The position numbers and the translations under genes were made by a program. From Gemmatimonadaceae bacterium (GTDB taxonomy: Bacteria > Gemmatimonadota > Gemmatimonadetes > Gemmatimonadales > Gemmatimonadaceae), in NCBI GenBank assembly GCA_044224875.1, contig JBGAJQ010000001.1, positions 160,001-224,000 of the forward strand: a stretch of DNA of 64,000 nucleotides, in the 5' to 3' direction. The notes under the pieces are model-generated. The model saw nothing but the letters and a program-made list of their open reading frames with translations, was not told the DNA's origin and did not search any database. Below, piece by piece: positions 28,104 through 38,523 of this stretch (position 1 is the first letter of the stretch; every line of letters begins with the position of its first letter).

Positions 28104-30743
28104 ATGGGTCTGTTGAGGCGCTTCTTCCGCGGGCTACACGCACTCACCCATGGCGACGCCGTGGATCGTGATGTGGACGATGAAGTGCGGCACTACGTAG
28201 AGCAGGCTGCGGCGGCGCACGTGGCCCGCGGCGCCAACGCCCAGGACGCAATGCGTCTGGCGCGCCTGGAGCTTGGAAGCACGACAGCCGTTAGGCAGCA
28301 GGTGCGCGACTCGGGATGGGAAAGTGGACTCGCGGCGGCGCTGACCGATGCGCGGTACGCCCTGCGGCGCCTGAGGTACTCGCCTGGGTTTTCGGCGGTT
28401 ACCGTGCTCACGCTCGCCGTCGGTGTCGGCGCCACGACGGCGATCTTCAGCGCCGTCAACGCTATCCTCCTCGAGCCGCTCCCGTATCCACACGCGCAAG
28501 GCATCGTGTCCGTCTGGGAGCTGGGAGACAATGGCCGGAGCAACCAGAGCTCGTTTGGCATGTACCGCGGCCTCCTGGACCGAAACGCGGTCTTCAGTGA
28601 TCTGGCGGCAATGAAGTCATGGCAGCCTTCCTTCACTGGAGCCCAGCAGGCGGAACGGCTCGATGGCCAACGCGTTTCCTCATCCTTTTTCCGTGTGCTG
28701 GGCATCGCGCCCGCGCTCGGACGCGACTTTGCCGACGCGGATGACGTTACCCGCGGTCCGAACCACGTGATCATCAGTGACGGTTTGTGGCGCCGCCGCT
28801 TTGGAGCCGATGCGTCGGTGATTGGTCGACTCGTGCAGCTGGAGGACAGTGCCTTCACCGTTGTTGGCGTGCTGCCGCCGACGTTCGAGAACGTGCTCGC
28901 GCCAACGGCTGAAGTCTACGCGCCACTGCAGTACGAGTTGTCCGAAGGTCGCGCGTGGGGTCATCACCTGCACGTCATCGGGCGCTTGAAGAACACGACG
29001 GGGATTGAGCTGGCGTCGCGCGAAGTGAACGCCATGGGGCGGGCTGTGATCGAACAATGGCATCCAGAGACCTATGGTGCTGCGACGCAATTCTCGGTCA
29101 TGACGCTGCAGGACGAGCTCACGCAGGGTGTTCGCCGGGCACTCCTCCTCATCTTGGCCGCCGCTGCGTTGGTGCTGGTGATCGCGTGCATCAACGTCAC
29201 CAACCTGCTGCTGGCGAGAGGAGTCCTCCGTCGGGGCGAGTTCGCGCTCCGCGCGGCACTCGGCGCCGGCCGCCGCCGACTCGTTCGGCAGCTTCTGACG
29301 GAAAGCGTCGTCCTCGGCGCCATTGGTGGAGCGCTGGGAATTGCGCTGGCACTGCTCGGGTCACGCGTCATCGTCGCCATGAGTCCCCCCGAGCTTCCAC
29401 GTGTCGCGGCGATCGGTGTCGATGGGCGAGTTCTCGTCTTCACGTTGCTCCTGACGACCGTGATCGCGCTGGTTGTCGGTGTGATGCCGGCTGTGCAGGC
29501 GGCGTCCGATGCCCCCCATGGTGACTTACAGCAAACGTCACGGCGCGCGATAGGCCTGCGGAGTGGCGTACGAAACGCACTGGTCGTGGCCGAAGTGGCT
29601 CTGGCGTTGATCCTGCTTGTCAATTCCGGGCTCCTGCTGCGAAGCATCGAGCGCCTCTTCGCCGTCCCTGTCGGATTCGATCCGTCGTCTGTGCTCACCG
29701 TACAGGTGCAGGTGTCTGGTCAGGGCTTCGAATCCGACAGTGCCAAACACCAATTCTTCTCGCAGGCAACGAGCGCCATCCAGGCCATTCCCGGAGTGGA
29801 AGCCGTTGCGTTCACCAGCCAATTGCCGTTGAGCGGGGACCAGGACGAGTACGGTGCGTCGTTCGACGCGACGCCCACGCAGGCCGCCGTCAGTTTCCCC
29901 GTGTTCCGCTACACGGTGAGCCCGGGCTATTTGGAAACCATGCGGATTCCATTGCGCGCCGGGCGCTTGCTAAATGACGGAGACCGGCGTGGCGCGACGC
30001 CGGTCGCGTTGATCAGTGAATCGCTCGCGCGGCTCCGGTTCGGTTCCGAGTCGCCACTTGGCCAGCAGGTGCACGTTGGAGGATTTCCGTCGGCTCCAGC
30101 ATACACAATCGTCGGCGTGGTCGGCGATGTGAAGCAGGTGTCTCTGGCGTTGAATCAGTCGGCCGCGGTGTACCTGACGACGACCCAATGGCACTGGGTG
30201 GACAACGTCATGTCCTTCGTCGTGCGTACAAGAGGCGATGCCGGCGCATCGACGCCGGCTGTCCGCGCGGCGATTTGGTCGATCGATCGCGACCAACCCG
30301 TGGTGCGCGTGGCGACGATGGAGCACCTGCTCTCCGCATCAGCCGCCGAACGGCAATTCGCCTTGCTGCTCTTTGAGGGCTTCTCCCTTGCTGCGTTGTT
30401 GCTAGCGGCGGCAGGGATCTACGGACTGCTCTCAGGGAATGTCGCCGAGCGGACGAGAGAGATTGGGGTACGCTCGGCCCTGGGTGCGACCAAAACCCAG
30501 CTGCTGTTGATGATCGTGCGTCACAGCCTGCGCCTGACATGCACGGGCATGGTCATCGGTTTGATCGGTGCGCTGCTGACGACTCGCGTAACGGTCGCCA
30601 TGCTGTTTGGTGTGTCGCCACTGGACCCGCTTACGTACGTCGGCGTGGTATTCCTGCTCATATTGGTTGCATTGGCGGCGAGTGCGGTGCCCGTCGCGCG
30701 CGCACTCGGAGTGGATCCGACGACCACATTGCGCGCCGACTAA
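28104..30743 (+). CDS. ADOP-type duplicated ABC permease (MacB_PCD/FtsX x2)
   Basis: 'TLAVGVGATTAIFS', 'LVIACINVTNLLLAR', 'RALGA.R.RLVRQLLTES', 'RTREIGVRSALGA', ends 'VDPTTTLRAD'; 4 nt after padR. Confidence 0.92.
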   Translation: MGLLRRFFRGLHALTHGDAVDRDVDDEVRHYVEQAAAAHVARGANAQDAMRLARLELGSTTAVRQQVRDSGWESGLAAALTDARYALRRLRYSPGFSAVTVLTLAVGVGATTAIFSAVNAILLEPLPYPHAQGIVSVWELGDNGRSNQSSFGMYRGLLDRNAVFSDLAAMKSWQPSFTGAQQAERLDGQRVSSSFFRVLGIAPALGRDFADADDVTRGPNHVIISDGLWRRRFGADASVIGRLVQLEDSAFTVVGVLPPTFENVLAPTAEVYAPLQYELSEGRAWGHHLHVIGRLKNTTGIELASREVNAMGRAVIEQWHPETYGAATQFSVMTLQDELTQGVRRALLLILAAAALVLVIACINVTNLLLARGVLRRGEFALRAALGAGRRRLVRQLLTESVVLGAIGGALGIALALLGSRVIVAMSPPELPRVAAIGVDGRVLVFTLLLTTVIALVVGVMPAVQAASDAPHGDLQQTSRRAIGLRSGVRNALVVAEVALALILLVNSGLLLRSIERLFAVPVGFDPSSVLTVQVQVSGQGFESDSAKHQFFSQATSAIQAIPGVEAVAFTSQLPLSGDQDEYGASFDATPTQAAVSFPVFRYTVSPGYLETMRIPLRAGRLLNDGDRRGATPVALISESLARLRFGSESPLGQQVHVGGFPSAPAYTIVGVVGDVKQVSLALNQSAAVYLTTTQWHWVDNVMSFVVRTRGDAGASTPAVRAAIWSIDRDQPVVRVATMEHLLSASAAERQFALLLFEGFSLAALLLAAAGIYGLLSGNVAERTREIGVRSALGATKTQLLLMIVRHSLRLTCTGMVIGLIGALLTTRVTVAMLFGVSPLDPLTYVGVVFLLILVALAASAVPVARALGVDPTTTLRAD

Positions 30744-30983
30744 CTCGAAGGCGCACCGCATGGCTGAGTCGGCCTCAGCGGGACGATGAGCACGTGACAG
30801 TCACGAATCTCCGCCCGAGCTTCACTGCGCGTGTTCACAGGACGCACTTCAGGCCGATCCCTTCGAGGTAGTTGGGCGTGCACCTTCGCGGTGCTCACAG
30901 TTTGCCCCTGACGGGAAATGGTGAGCGTGTCCCGGCCGTGGCACATTGCCTGAGCCGTCGCATGTGCGCGTTGACGGCACGCC

Positions 30984-31409
30984 TTGGGTGGCGATCTGTA
31001 CATGACGAGCTGGTCGGAACTCGGAGCTTCGCACGAGCGGCCTGCCACGCGCGATCATCTGGGAGCGCTCATGAGGCGTCACGTAGCTGCCGCACCCGGC
31101 ATCGGTACGCGGGAGACGTTGGGGGTACCGGTGTTCGGGTCGCGGGCGCTTTCGTCCGCTGGTTGGTGGCATGTGCTGGCGGGGGCGGCGATCGAGCTCG
31201 GCGGGTCGGTAATAATCCTGGGCGGACTGCTGAGACAGGATCGCCGCATCTACGCTCGCGGACATCGCCTGCGCCTGACCGGCCTGCTGCGCCGCTTCTA
31301 TCGGGCTGACCGGCATCTCGTCGGAACGCTCGTGGATCGGTGGATGCGTTCCCCGTGTGCGGAGCATACGGACGGTCGCACGCCGATCGACCAGAGACCA
31401 TCTGACTGA
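30984..31409 (+). CDS. Possible highly divergent CsbD-like small protein (may be a decaying gene)
   Basis: 'AGWWHVLAGAAIELGG...DRRIYARGHRLRLTGLLRRFY' resembles CsbD 'EGAWKQMKGRIKETWG...DDDLDRVEGQWDQLTGLIQNKY'; start uncertain. Confidence 0.3.
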   Translation: MGGDLYMTSWSELGASHERPATRDHLGALMRRHVAAAPGIGTRETLGVPVFGSRALSSAGWWHVLAGAAIELGGSVIILGGLLRQDRRIYARGHRLRLTGLLRRFYRADRHLVGTLVDRWMRSPCAEHTDGRTPIDQRPSD

Positions 31410-31464
31410 GAAGCAACAACACCACGTGCGCTCAATCTTTGAGCTGCCGGAGGAGGTACTACTC

Positions 31465-32511
31465 GTGAGGATCGCCGTGATCGCCCCGTTGTACGAACGT
31501 GTGCCCCCAAAACTTTACGGAGGCACGGAGCGCGTCGTGTCGTTCCTTACGGAGGAACTCGTGGCGCAGGGGCATGATGTCACGCTCTTCGCCAGCGGCG
31601 ACTCGATCACGTCGGCCAGGCTTGTGCCGGTGTGGGATCGCGCCCTCCGGTTGGACGACCGCGATCCCGAAGCGACGTCGTTGCACGTGTTGATGCTGGA
31701 GCGGGTGTTCGGCCTCGCGCGCGACTTTGACGTGATGCACTTCCACATCGACGCGATTCAGCTCCCTTTGGCTCGTCGCTCCGCGGTTCCCTGTGTAATG
31801 ACCATGCATGGTCGGCTCGATTTGGTGGGTCTCAAGGAACTCTACGACGAGTATGTCGAATTGCCGCTGGTGTCGATCTCAAATGCGCAACGAGCGCCGT
31901 TGCCTGATGCTCCGTGGGCCGCGACCGTGTACCACGGGCTCCCAGGCGACCTCTTCAGGCCGAATGGATCGGCCGGCGACTACCTCGCGTTTCTCGGGCG
32001 AATCTCACCCGAAAAGCGGGTGGACCGCGCCATAGAAATCGCGCGTCAGAGCGGAGTGCCGCTGCGTATCGCCGCCAAGGTGGATCGGGTCGATCGAGAG
32101 TACTTCGAGAGGCAAATCGCTCCGATGATCGACGGAGAGTTCATTCAGTACATTGGAGAGATCGACGATGGCGCCAAGGGACACTTCCTCCGTCACGCGC
32201 TCGCCCTCCTCTTTCCCATCGATTGGCCAGAGCCATTCGGGCTCGCCATGATCGAGTCGATGGCAACGGGCACGCCGGTGCTTGCGTTTCCAAGCGGTTC
32301 CGTGCGCGAGGTCATCGACGAGGGCATCACGGGCCATATCGTGGAGAGTGTGGAGGAAGCCGTGGCACGGATACCTGGCCTCTGCACGTGGGACCGCCAA
32401 CGGTGCCGCGCGCAGTTCGAGCGTCGCTTCACGGCCGAACGCATGGCGAGAGACTATGTCAACGTCTATCGACACGTGATCGCCGAAAAGGCGAGGCGGA
32501 GATGCGCGTGA
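31465..32511 (+). CDS. Glycosyltransferase family 4 protein
   Basis: GTG 31465 with GGAGG RBS; 'VPPKLYGGTERVV', 'FLGRISPEK', 'WPEPFGLAMIESMATGTPV'. Confidence 0.93.
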   Translation: MRIAVIAPLYERVPPKLYGGTERVVSFLTEELVAQGHDVTLFASGDSITSARLVPVWDRALRLDDRDPEATSLHVLMLERVFGLARDFDVMHFHIDAIQLPLARRSAVPCVMTMHGRLDLVGLKELYDEYVELPLVSISNAQRAPLPDAPWAATVYHGLPGDLFRPNGSAGDYLAFLGRISPEKRVDRAIEIARQSGVPLRIAAKVDRVDREYFERQIAPMIDGEFIQYIGEIDDGAKGHFLRHALALLFPIDWPEPFGLAMIESMATGTPVLAFPSGSVREVIDEGITGHIVESVEEAVARIPGLCTWDRQRCRAQFERRFTAERMARDYVNVYRHVIAEKARRRCA

Positions 32512-34673
32512 GCAAACCCACGCGCGACAAGTACTACATCGCCGCGGGGAGCATGCCGACGCGCGTATCGCCACGCGTGTTGGTGCTCAAACAGGGAGAA
32601 CTGTGCGGCTTGTACAACGACCTCGGCGACATCGATCCAGCGGGCCAGTCGCACGAAGGGCTCTTCTATGCGGGCACACGCTTTCTCTCGCAATTCACGC
32701 TTGGACTGGACGGCCATCGGCCGATGTACCTCAGTTCAACGGTCCGTCGCGACAACCTCCTCATTGCCACCGACCTCACGAATCCCGACTTCGGCGCCAG
32801 CGGAGACCTGGCACTTCCGCGCGGCACGTTGCACCTCAAGCGCACCAGGTTCCTTTGGGGGAACGCTTCCTATGAGGTGGTGCGCATCCGGAACTTTGCA
32901 CTGTCCGCCGTCTCGATTGAACTGACGGCACGTTTCGCCGCGGACTACGCGGACATCTTCGAAGTGCGCGGTCTTCAGCGAAAGGCACGCGGCCGCCTCT
33001 TGGCGCCGCAGGTTCAGGGCGGTCGCGTCACGTTTGGCTACGAGGGCCTGGACGGCATCCTGCGTCGCACGACCGTGGAAGCGACCCCGGCGCCGGACGT
33101 CAACGAGGGCGACGTCATGCGCTTCCTTCTTCACCTGGAGAGTCGTTCCGAACGGACGGTGGTGTTCGTGGTCGCCTGTCATAACGGGTCCACCCTCGCG
33201 CACGTTGTCACAGCGGAGGCAGCACGGCATGATGCCGAGGCGGCCAGGACGTCTCCCATGGAGCTGGGATGCCGCATCCAGACGTCGAACGGCGAGTTCA
33301 ACGCGTGGCTGAATGCCGCAGCGTCGGACCTGGCGATGATGATGACCGAGACTCCACATGGGTTGTATCCGTACGCTGGCGTGCCATGGTTCGATACCAC
33401 ATTCGGGCGTGACGGCATCATCACAGCCCTTGAAACACTGTGGATGTGGCCAGGCGTCGCACGCGGCGTCCTTACCTTCTTGGCAAGTACACAAGCGACA
33501 GCCCTCGATGCGACGAGGGACGCCGAGCCAGGCAAGATCCTGCACGAGGCACGGCAGGGGGAAATGGCACTGTTGAACGAGGTGCCATTCCACCGGTACT
33601 ACGGGAGTGTGGATGCAACGCCGCTGTTTGTCGTGTTGGCGGGCGCCTACTATCGCCGCACGGCAGATCTCGAACTGATCCGCCGCATCTGGCCACACAT
33701 TCAGCTCGCGCTGACTTGGATCGATGAGTACGGCGACGTCGATCGGGACGGGTTTGTCGAGTACCACCGCCGTTCATCCACCGGGCTGATTCAACAGGGA
33801 TGGAAAGACTCGCATGACTCGATCTTTCATGCAGACGGGAAGCTCGCGTCGGGCCCCATCGCGCTATGCGAAGTGCAGGCGTATGTCTTCGCGGCACGAT
33901 TGGCGGCCGCCGACCTTGCCTCCGCGTTAGGTGACGCCGCACTGGCCTCCCGCCTCATGCAACAGGCTGAGCAACTGCAGGCGCAGTTCGTCACGCAGTT
34001 TTGGGATGAACGATTGCAGGGGTATGCCCTGGCACTCGATGCCAGCAAGTCCCCATGCCTCGTGCGCGCCAGCAATCCGGGTCACTGCCTGTACATGGGC
34101 ATCGCCACCGAGGAACATGCTCGCGCCTTGATCGATGGTTTTGTGGAACCGTCGTTCTTCTCGGGCTGGGGAGTGCGCACGGTGTCTGACGATGTCGCCC
34201 GCTACAATCCCATGTCCTATCACAACGGGTCTGTGTGGCCACACGACAATGCGATCATCGCCGCTGGTGCGTCACGCTACCAGGCCAAGGCGCTCACGAT
34301 CAAGATCCTCAATGGGCACTTTGACGCGTCCACCTACTTCGAATTCCACCGTCTCCCTGAACTATTCTGCGGATTTCCGCGTCGGTCAGGAGAGGCGCCA
34401 ACGGAGTATCCCGTGGCCTGTTCGCCGCAATCGTGGGCGGCCGCCGCACCGTTTCTCATGATGCAAGCGTCGTTAGGGCTCTCGATTGACGCCCACAAAC
34501 GGCAGGTGGTACTCGCGCATCCGGCCCTTCCCGATGCGGTCGATCAGGTTTGGATCAGGAACCTGCGAGTTGGCGATGGCGAGGTAGGCCTGACGATTCA
34601 GCGTACCGCTGGCACGGTGAGCGCCGCTGTGTCCGACCGAACCGGAAGAGTGGATGTGGTCGTCCACAGCTGA
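32502..34673 (+). CDS. Amylo-alpha-1,6-glucosidase / glycogen debranching enzyme family (GDE_N plus (alpha/alpha)6 domain)
   Basis: 'YAGVPWF.T.FGRDG', 'EPGKILHE', 'YYGSVDATPLF', 'QGWKDS', 'YHNGSVWPHD', 'LPELFCG', 'ACSPQSW'. Confidence 0.92.
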   Translation: MRVSKPTRDKYYIAAGSMPTRVSPRVLVLKQGELCGLYNDLGDIDPAGQSHEGLFYAGTRFLSQFTLGLDGHRPMYLSSTVRRDNLLIATDLTNPDFGASGDLALPRGTLHLKRTRFLWGNASYEVVRIRNFALSAVSIELTARFAADYADIFEVRGLQRKARGRLLAPQVQGGRVTFGYEGLDGILRRTTVEATPAPDVNEGDVMRFLLHLESRSERTVVFVVACHNGSTLAHVVTAEAARHDAEAARTSPMELGCRIQTSNGEFNAWLNAAASDLAMMMTETPHGLYPYAGVPWFDTTFGRDGIITALETLWMWPGVARGVLTFLASTQATALDATRDAEPGKILHEARQGEMALLNEVPFHRYYGSVDATPLFVVLAGAYYRRTADLELIRRIWPHIQLALTWIDEYGDVDRDGFVEYHRRSSTGLIQQGWKDSHDSIFHADGKLASGPIALCEVQAYVFAARLAAADLASALGDAALASRLMQQAEQLQAQFVTQFWDERLQGYALALDASKSPCLVRASNPGHCLYMGIATEEHARALIDGFVEPSFFSGWGVRTVSDDVARYNPMSYHNGSVWPHDNAIIAAGASRYQAKALTIKILNGHFDASTYFEFHRLPELFCGFPRRSGEAPTEYPVACSPQSWAAAAPFLMMQASLGLSIDAHKRQVVLAHPALPDAVDQVWIRNLRVGDGEVGLTIQRTAGTVSAAVSDRTGRVDVVVHS

Positions 34674-34679
34674 CCCACG

Positions 34680-37600
34680 TCAGTCGTCGTAGCGGGCCAG
34701 CAGGCCCGCCAGTTCATCCATGCCAACAGGCTTCACGAGGTGTGCATTGAACCCCGCCGCCTCAGAGCGCCGTCGATCGTCGGCTTGCCCATAACCCGTC
34801 ACCGCTACGATGGAGGCGTCGGTCAGTCCCCCACTTCGCATGGCGCGGCAGGCCTGATACCCATCCAGCTTCGGCAGCCCGATGTCCAGGAGTACAACGG
34901 TCGGTCGCTCCTGCAAGGCAAGGCGAACCGCCTCATGGCCGTCGTGTGCGGTCATGACATCGTGTCCCATCAGCCGCAACAACAGAGCCGTGCTCTCCGC
35001 AGAGTCTCGATTGTCGTCGACGATCAGGATCCTCTGGCGTGGGCGCGCTTGAGCCGGGTTGGCGGCGTTTGGGGCCTCCGGCGGACGAGGCGAAACGCAG
35101 GGAAGGTGGACCACAAACTCGCTTCCCTGACCAAGACCGGCGCTGTGGACTTCCACGGAACCACCGTGCATCTCCGTCAGGCTCTTGACGAGCGAAAGGC
35201 CAATGCCCAGTCCACCCTCCGCCCGGTCAATATTCGGCTCTGCCTGATAAAACAGGTCAAACACTCCGGCCAGTGTGAGCTCGTCGATACCGCGGCCCTC
35301 ATCACGTACTCGTACGGTGGCTTGATCCGGAGTTGATTCAGCGTTCGCCAGGCTCAACCAGATCTGCTTGCCGTGGCCAGAATACTTGGCGGCATTGTCG
35401 AGCAGGTTGCTCACGACCTGGGTCAGTCGAGTCAGGTCACCGACGACGGTGATCTCGTGGTCAGGCATGGACACCAGCAACTGATGGTGTCTCTCGTCGA
35501 GTTGCGGCCGTGTGGCCTCTTCAGCCTGGCGGAGTACCGATCGCAAATCGACGGCCGCGCGTTGGAGCTCGATCTTGCCTCGTGAGACGCGAGCGACGTC
35601 CAGAAGGTCCTCCACCAAACGCACCATGTGACTGACCTGACGGTCGAGCAGGTCGCAGACTGGACCGATGGTGGAAGGATCGGTGGGCGCCATTCGCAGG
35701 ATCTGAACGGCGTTTCGAATGGGGGCGAGCGGGTTGCGCAGTTCGTGGCCGAGCATCGCGAGGTAGTCGTCTTTTCGACGGTCCGCCTCGCGCAGTGCGT
35801 CGGCCAAGGTGCGCTGTTCGGTGACGTCCGTGTTCGTTCCGAACCATCGCACGATCCGATTCCTGTCGTCACGAACCGGCAGTGCACGTGACAGAAACCA
35901 GCGATACGTGCCGTCCTTCCCTCGCAACGGGAAGGTGTCATCCCACGGGTCGCCGGTGTCCCAGGAGTCCTGGATGCGTCGGACGACGCGTTCAACGTGA
36001 TCCGGGTGTGACAACTCGCGCCAACCCCACGCTGGTACCGCGTCGCTCTGTATCCCCGTGTACTCGAGCCAGCGCTTGTTGTACCAGAAGATCCGCCCCT
36101 GGCCATCTGCCCTCCAGGCCAACGGTGCGATGTTATCGGCGAGAAGGCGAAACCGCTCCTCGCTCTCACGGAGGGCGTATTCGACCTGTTTGCGCGACGT
36201 GATGTCTTGTATGATGGCGGTGGCGCGACGTGGTGTGCTCGACCCATCGTCAATGACGTTGACCGTCACGTGCACCCAGATCACGCTGCCGTCCTTGCGC
36301 ACGTATCGCCGCTCGACTTCGTAGCTGTCGCCCACGCCTGCGGCAAGGAGCGCGATCGCTTCTCGTACCTTGCCCTTCTCCTCGGGGTGCGCGAGAGCAG
36401 AGGCATCCAAACCGAGTAACTCCGACTCCTGGTACCCCATGATCGCGCACATCGCGGCGTTCACGCGGATGAACCGCCCCGTGGGTAAGTCGACCTGCAC
36501 CTTGCCGATGGAGCTGACACTGAACATGGCGCGAAACGTCGCCTCGCGCTCCTTCAGCTGCTCCTCCACCTCCCGGCGCTGCGTAATGTCCAGCACGACA
36601 CCGACGATTCGGATCGCCCGCCTCGGTTGGTGGTTTTCGTCAAACAACGTGCGGCCTCTCAGGTGCAACCATCTGACCGCGCCATTGTCCGGGCGCACGA
36701 TACGATACTCGTCGGCGAACTCGCCGATCCCGTCGGGGTCGAGGGCCTGGCGGAGCGCGGTGGTAACGCGGTCACGATCGTCTGGGTAGGTCAAGGCACT
36801 GAGCGTCTCGAACGTGGGTTCGGCGTCGGGCGCCATGCCGCACAGCGTGCGCAGCTCCGGCGTACAGTACAGGGAGTTCGCCACCATGTCGTAGTCATAC
36901 AGCCCGAACCCGGCGGTACGGGCAGCCAGCCGGAATCGCTCCTCCGATGCACGAAGCCTCGCATCGGCACGTGTGTGCTCGAGAGCCGCCGCGATGCGAT
37001 CGGCGGTTTCGCGAACGATCGCCAGATCGGCACCAGTCCAGTGGCGAGCCGCACTCTGTGTGGCATCCACGACGGCTTGCAGACGACCGTTCTTCATCAG
37101 GGGCGTCGAGATGAACGCGCGCACGCCCCCCTTGAGGAATCGACGTTGCTCGTCTGGTGGAATCGTCGGGTGCAACTCCACGTCATTCACCACCACTGAT
37201 CGACCCGCCCGGAGCTCCCCCAAGAGGGATTGAACGTAGCCATGCAGCCGATATCGTCCGGCAATACTCGGCTGGTTACCCATGGCATAGTAGTTACCAG
37301 GGATGATCACGAAGTCATGGTTGGTGTCGAATTCGGCGTAGTAAGCGCGGTCGACATGCAGATGCTCGCCGAGCACACGCGTTGATGCGGCGAGCACATG
37401 CTCAGCGGTGGTAAGGCCGTTCATCTGGTCGAGCAAGCGCGCGCGGTACGCGTCGAATGCGGCAGCCTGCGACAGGCGCTCGGTCGCCTGCTTGCGCTGT
37501 GTGATATCGCGCAATGCCCCGACCACGCGAATGGCGCGGCGACTATCGCCCTCGCCCTTGTAGATCGTGCGGGCGGTATCCAGCAGCCATCTCACCTCTC

Positions 37601-37952
37601 CATCCTCGTGCACGACGCGAAACTCGCGGACGAGCCCCTGCGAGTCCGCGTACTCTGGCGTATACCAGGCATTGGCAAAGACGCGGATCCGGTCGTCTGA
37701 GTCGACCTTTGCCAGCAATGTCTCTTGGTCCACTGGCACGCCGGCCGGAACCCCGAGCAGGCGTTTGAGCTGCTCAGAGCATGTGAGGGTGTTGTTCAGC
37801 AGGTCAATATCATATACGCCGAACCCAGCCGCCTCGGCGGCCAGACGATAGCGCTCCGCAACACGCGTCGGCCCGTCTGCACCTTCAATCCGTTCGTCCT
37901 CGACCAGTGGCCACGCGTTCGCGGCGTGGTCTGGTGTGGGGGCCTTCTGCAT
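34680..37952 (-). CDS. Hybrid sensor histidine kinase (multi-PAS + GAF + HisKA + HATPase + REC)
   Basis: Four PAS/PAC repeats and a GAF; H-box 'LGHELRNPL', 'NLLDNAAKY', 'GGLGIGL', receiver 'LIVDDN...LLDIGLP...LVKP'. Confidence 0.95.
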   Translation of the reverse strand: MQKAPTPDHAANAWPLVEDERIEGADGPTRVAERYRLAAEAAGFGVYDIDLLNNTLTCSEQLKRLLGVPAGVPVDQETLLAKVDSDDRIRVFANAWYTPEYADSQGLVREFRVVHEDGEVRWLLDTARTIYKGEGDSRRAIRVVGALRDITQRKQATERLSQAAAFDAYRARLLDQMNGLTTAEHVLAASTRVLGEHLHVDRAYYAEFDTNHDFVIIPGNYYAMGNQPSIAGRYRLHGYVQSLLGELRAGRSVVVNDVELHPTIPPDEQRRFLKGGVRAFISTPLMKNGRLQAVVDATQSAARHWTGADLAIVRETADRIAAALEHTRADARLRASEERFRLAARTAGFGLYDYDMVANSLYCTPELRTLCGMAPDAEPTFETLSALTYPDDRDRVTTALRQALDPDGIGEFADEYRIVRPDNGAVRWLHLRGRTLFDENHQPRRAIRIVGVVLDITQRREVEEQLKEREATFRAMFSVSSIGKVQVDLPTGRFIRVNAAMCAIMGYQESELLGLDASALAHPEEKGKVREAIALLAAGVGDSYEVERRYVRKDGSVIWVHVTVNVIDDGSSTPRRATAIIQDITSRKQVEYALRESEERFRLLADNIAPLAWRADGQGRIFWYNKRWLEYTGIQSDAVPAWGWRELSHPDHVERVVRRIQDSWDTGDPWDDTFPLRGKDGTYRWFLSRALPVRDDRNRIVRWFGTNTDVTEQRTLADALREADRRKDDYLAMLGHELRNPLAPIRNAVQILRMAPTDPSTIGPVCDLLDRQVSHMVRLVEDLLDVARVSRGKIELQRAAVDLRSVLRQAEEATRPQLDERHHQLLVSMPDHEITVVGDLTRLTQVVSNLLDNAAKYSGHGKQIWLSLANAESTPDQATVRVRDEGRGIDELTLAGVFDLFYQAEPNIDRAEGGLGIGLSLVKSLTEMHGGSVEVHSAGLGQGSEFVVHLPCVSPRPPEAPNAANPAQARPRQRILIVDDNRDSAESTALLLRLMGHDVMTAHDGHEAVRLALQERPTVVLLDIGLPKLDGYQACRAMRSGGLTDASIVAVTGYGQADDRRRSEAAGFNAHLVKPVGMDELAGLLARYDD

Positions 37953-38523
37953 CAGCCGGTGGGGTGGAGATGCAAGATCAACGAGGAGATAGCGTGCACG
38001 CCGGAGACGACAGTTCCTGTCCGGCGATTCGATTCCGACACAACTCGACGTGCGTGGTCGGTGGGACCACGCACGGCGATGTTGATGGTGCGCGTTTTCA
38101 TCGCATGGATGTGACGCCGGCAGGTTTCCCTATCCGCGGGCCTCATGGAAGCCGAGAGTATGAATACTCATGGCTGCTCCCGGGCTGGCACCACCATCGT
38201 CATGTGAGCAACAGGGGTGTGTTGCGTGGTCACAGGATAGAGTGAGTCCCATCCCGTGACATCCATCCCCCGAGTGAACTTTGTCTCTCTCAAAGGGAGT
38301 AGGTGCAGCGCACGCGCCGGTTCCGTCGGTGAGCCTACCCGACGATATGGGGCCGTCTGCCACTTTCGAGGAATCGCGCAGAAACACGCAACGGAGCATC
38401 CTGTTCGAACTGCCGTGAGAATGGCGTCTCCGGTTTGCCAGGCGCGATCGCGAAGGTGTTGCGCCTTGCGCCGTTTGCGGCGGTTGGATGCATGAACCAC
38501 GTCAGCAGCCGAGGTCGAACTTC

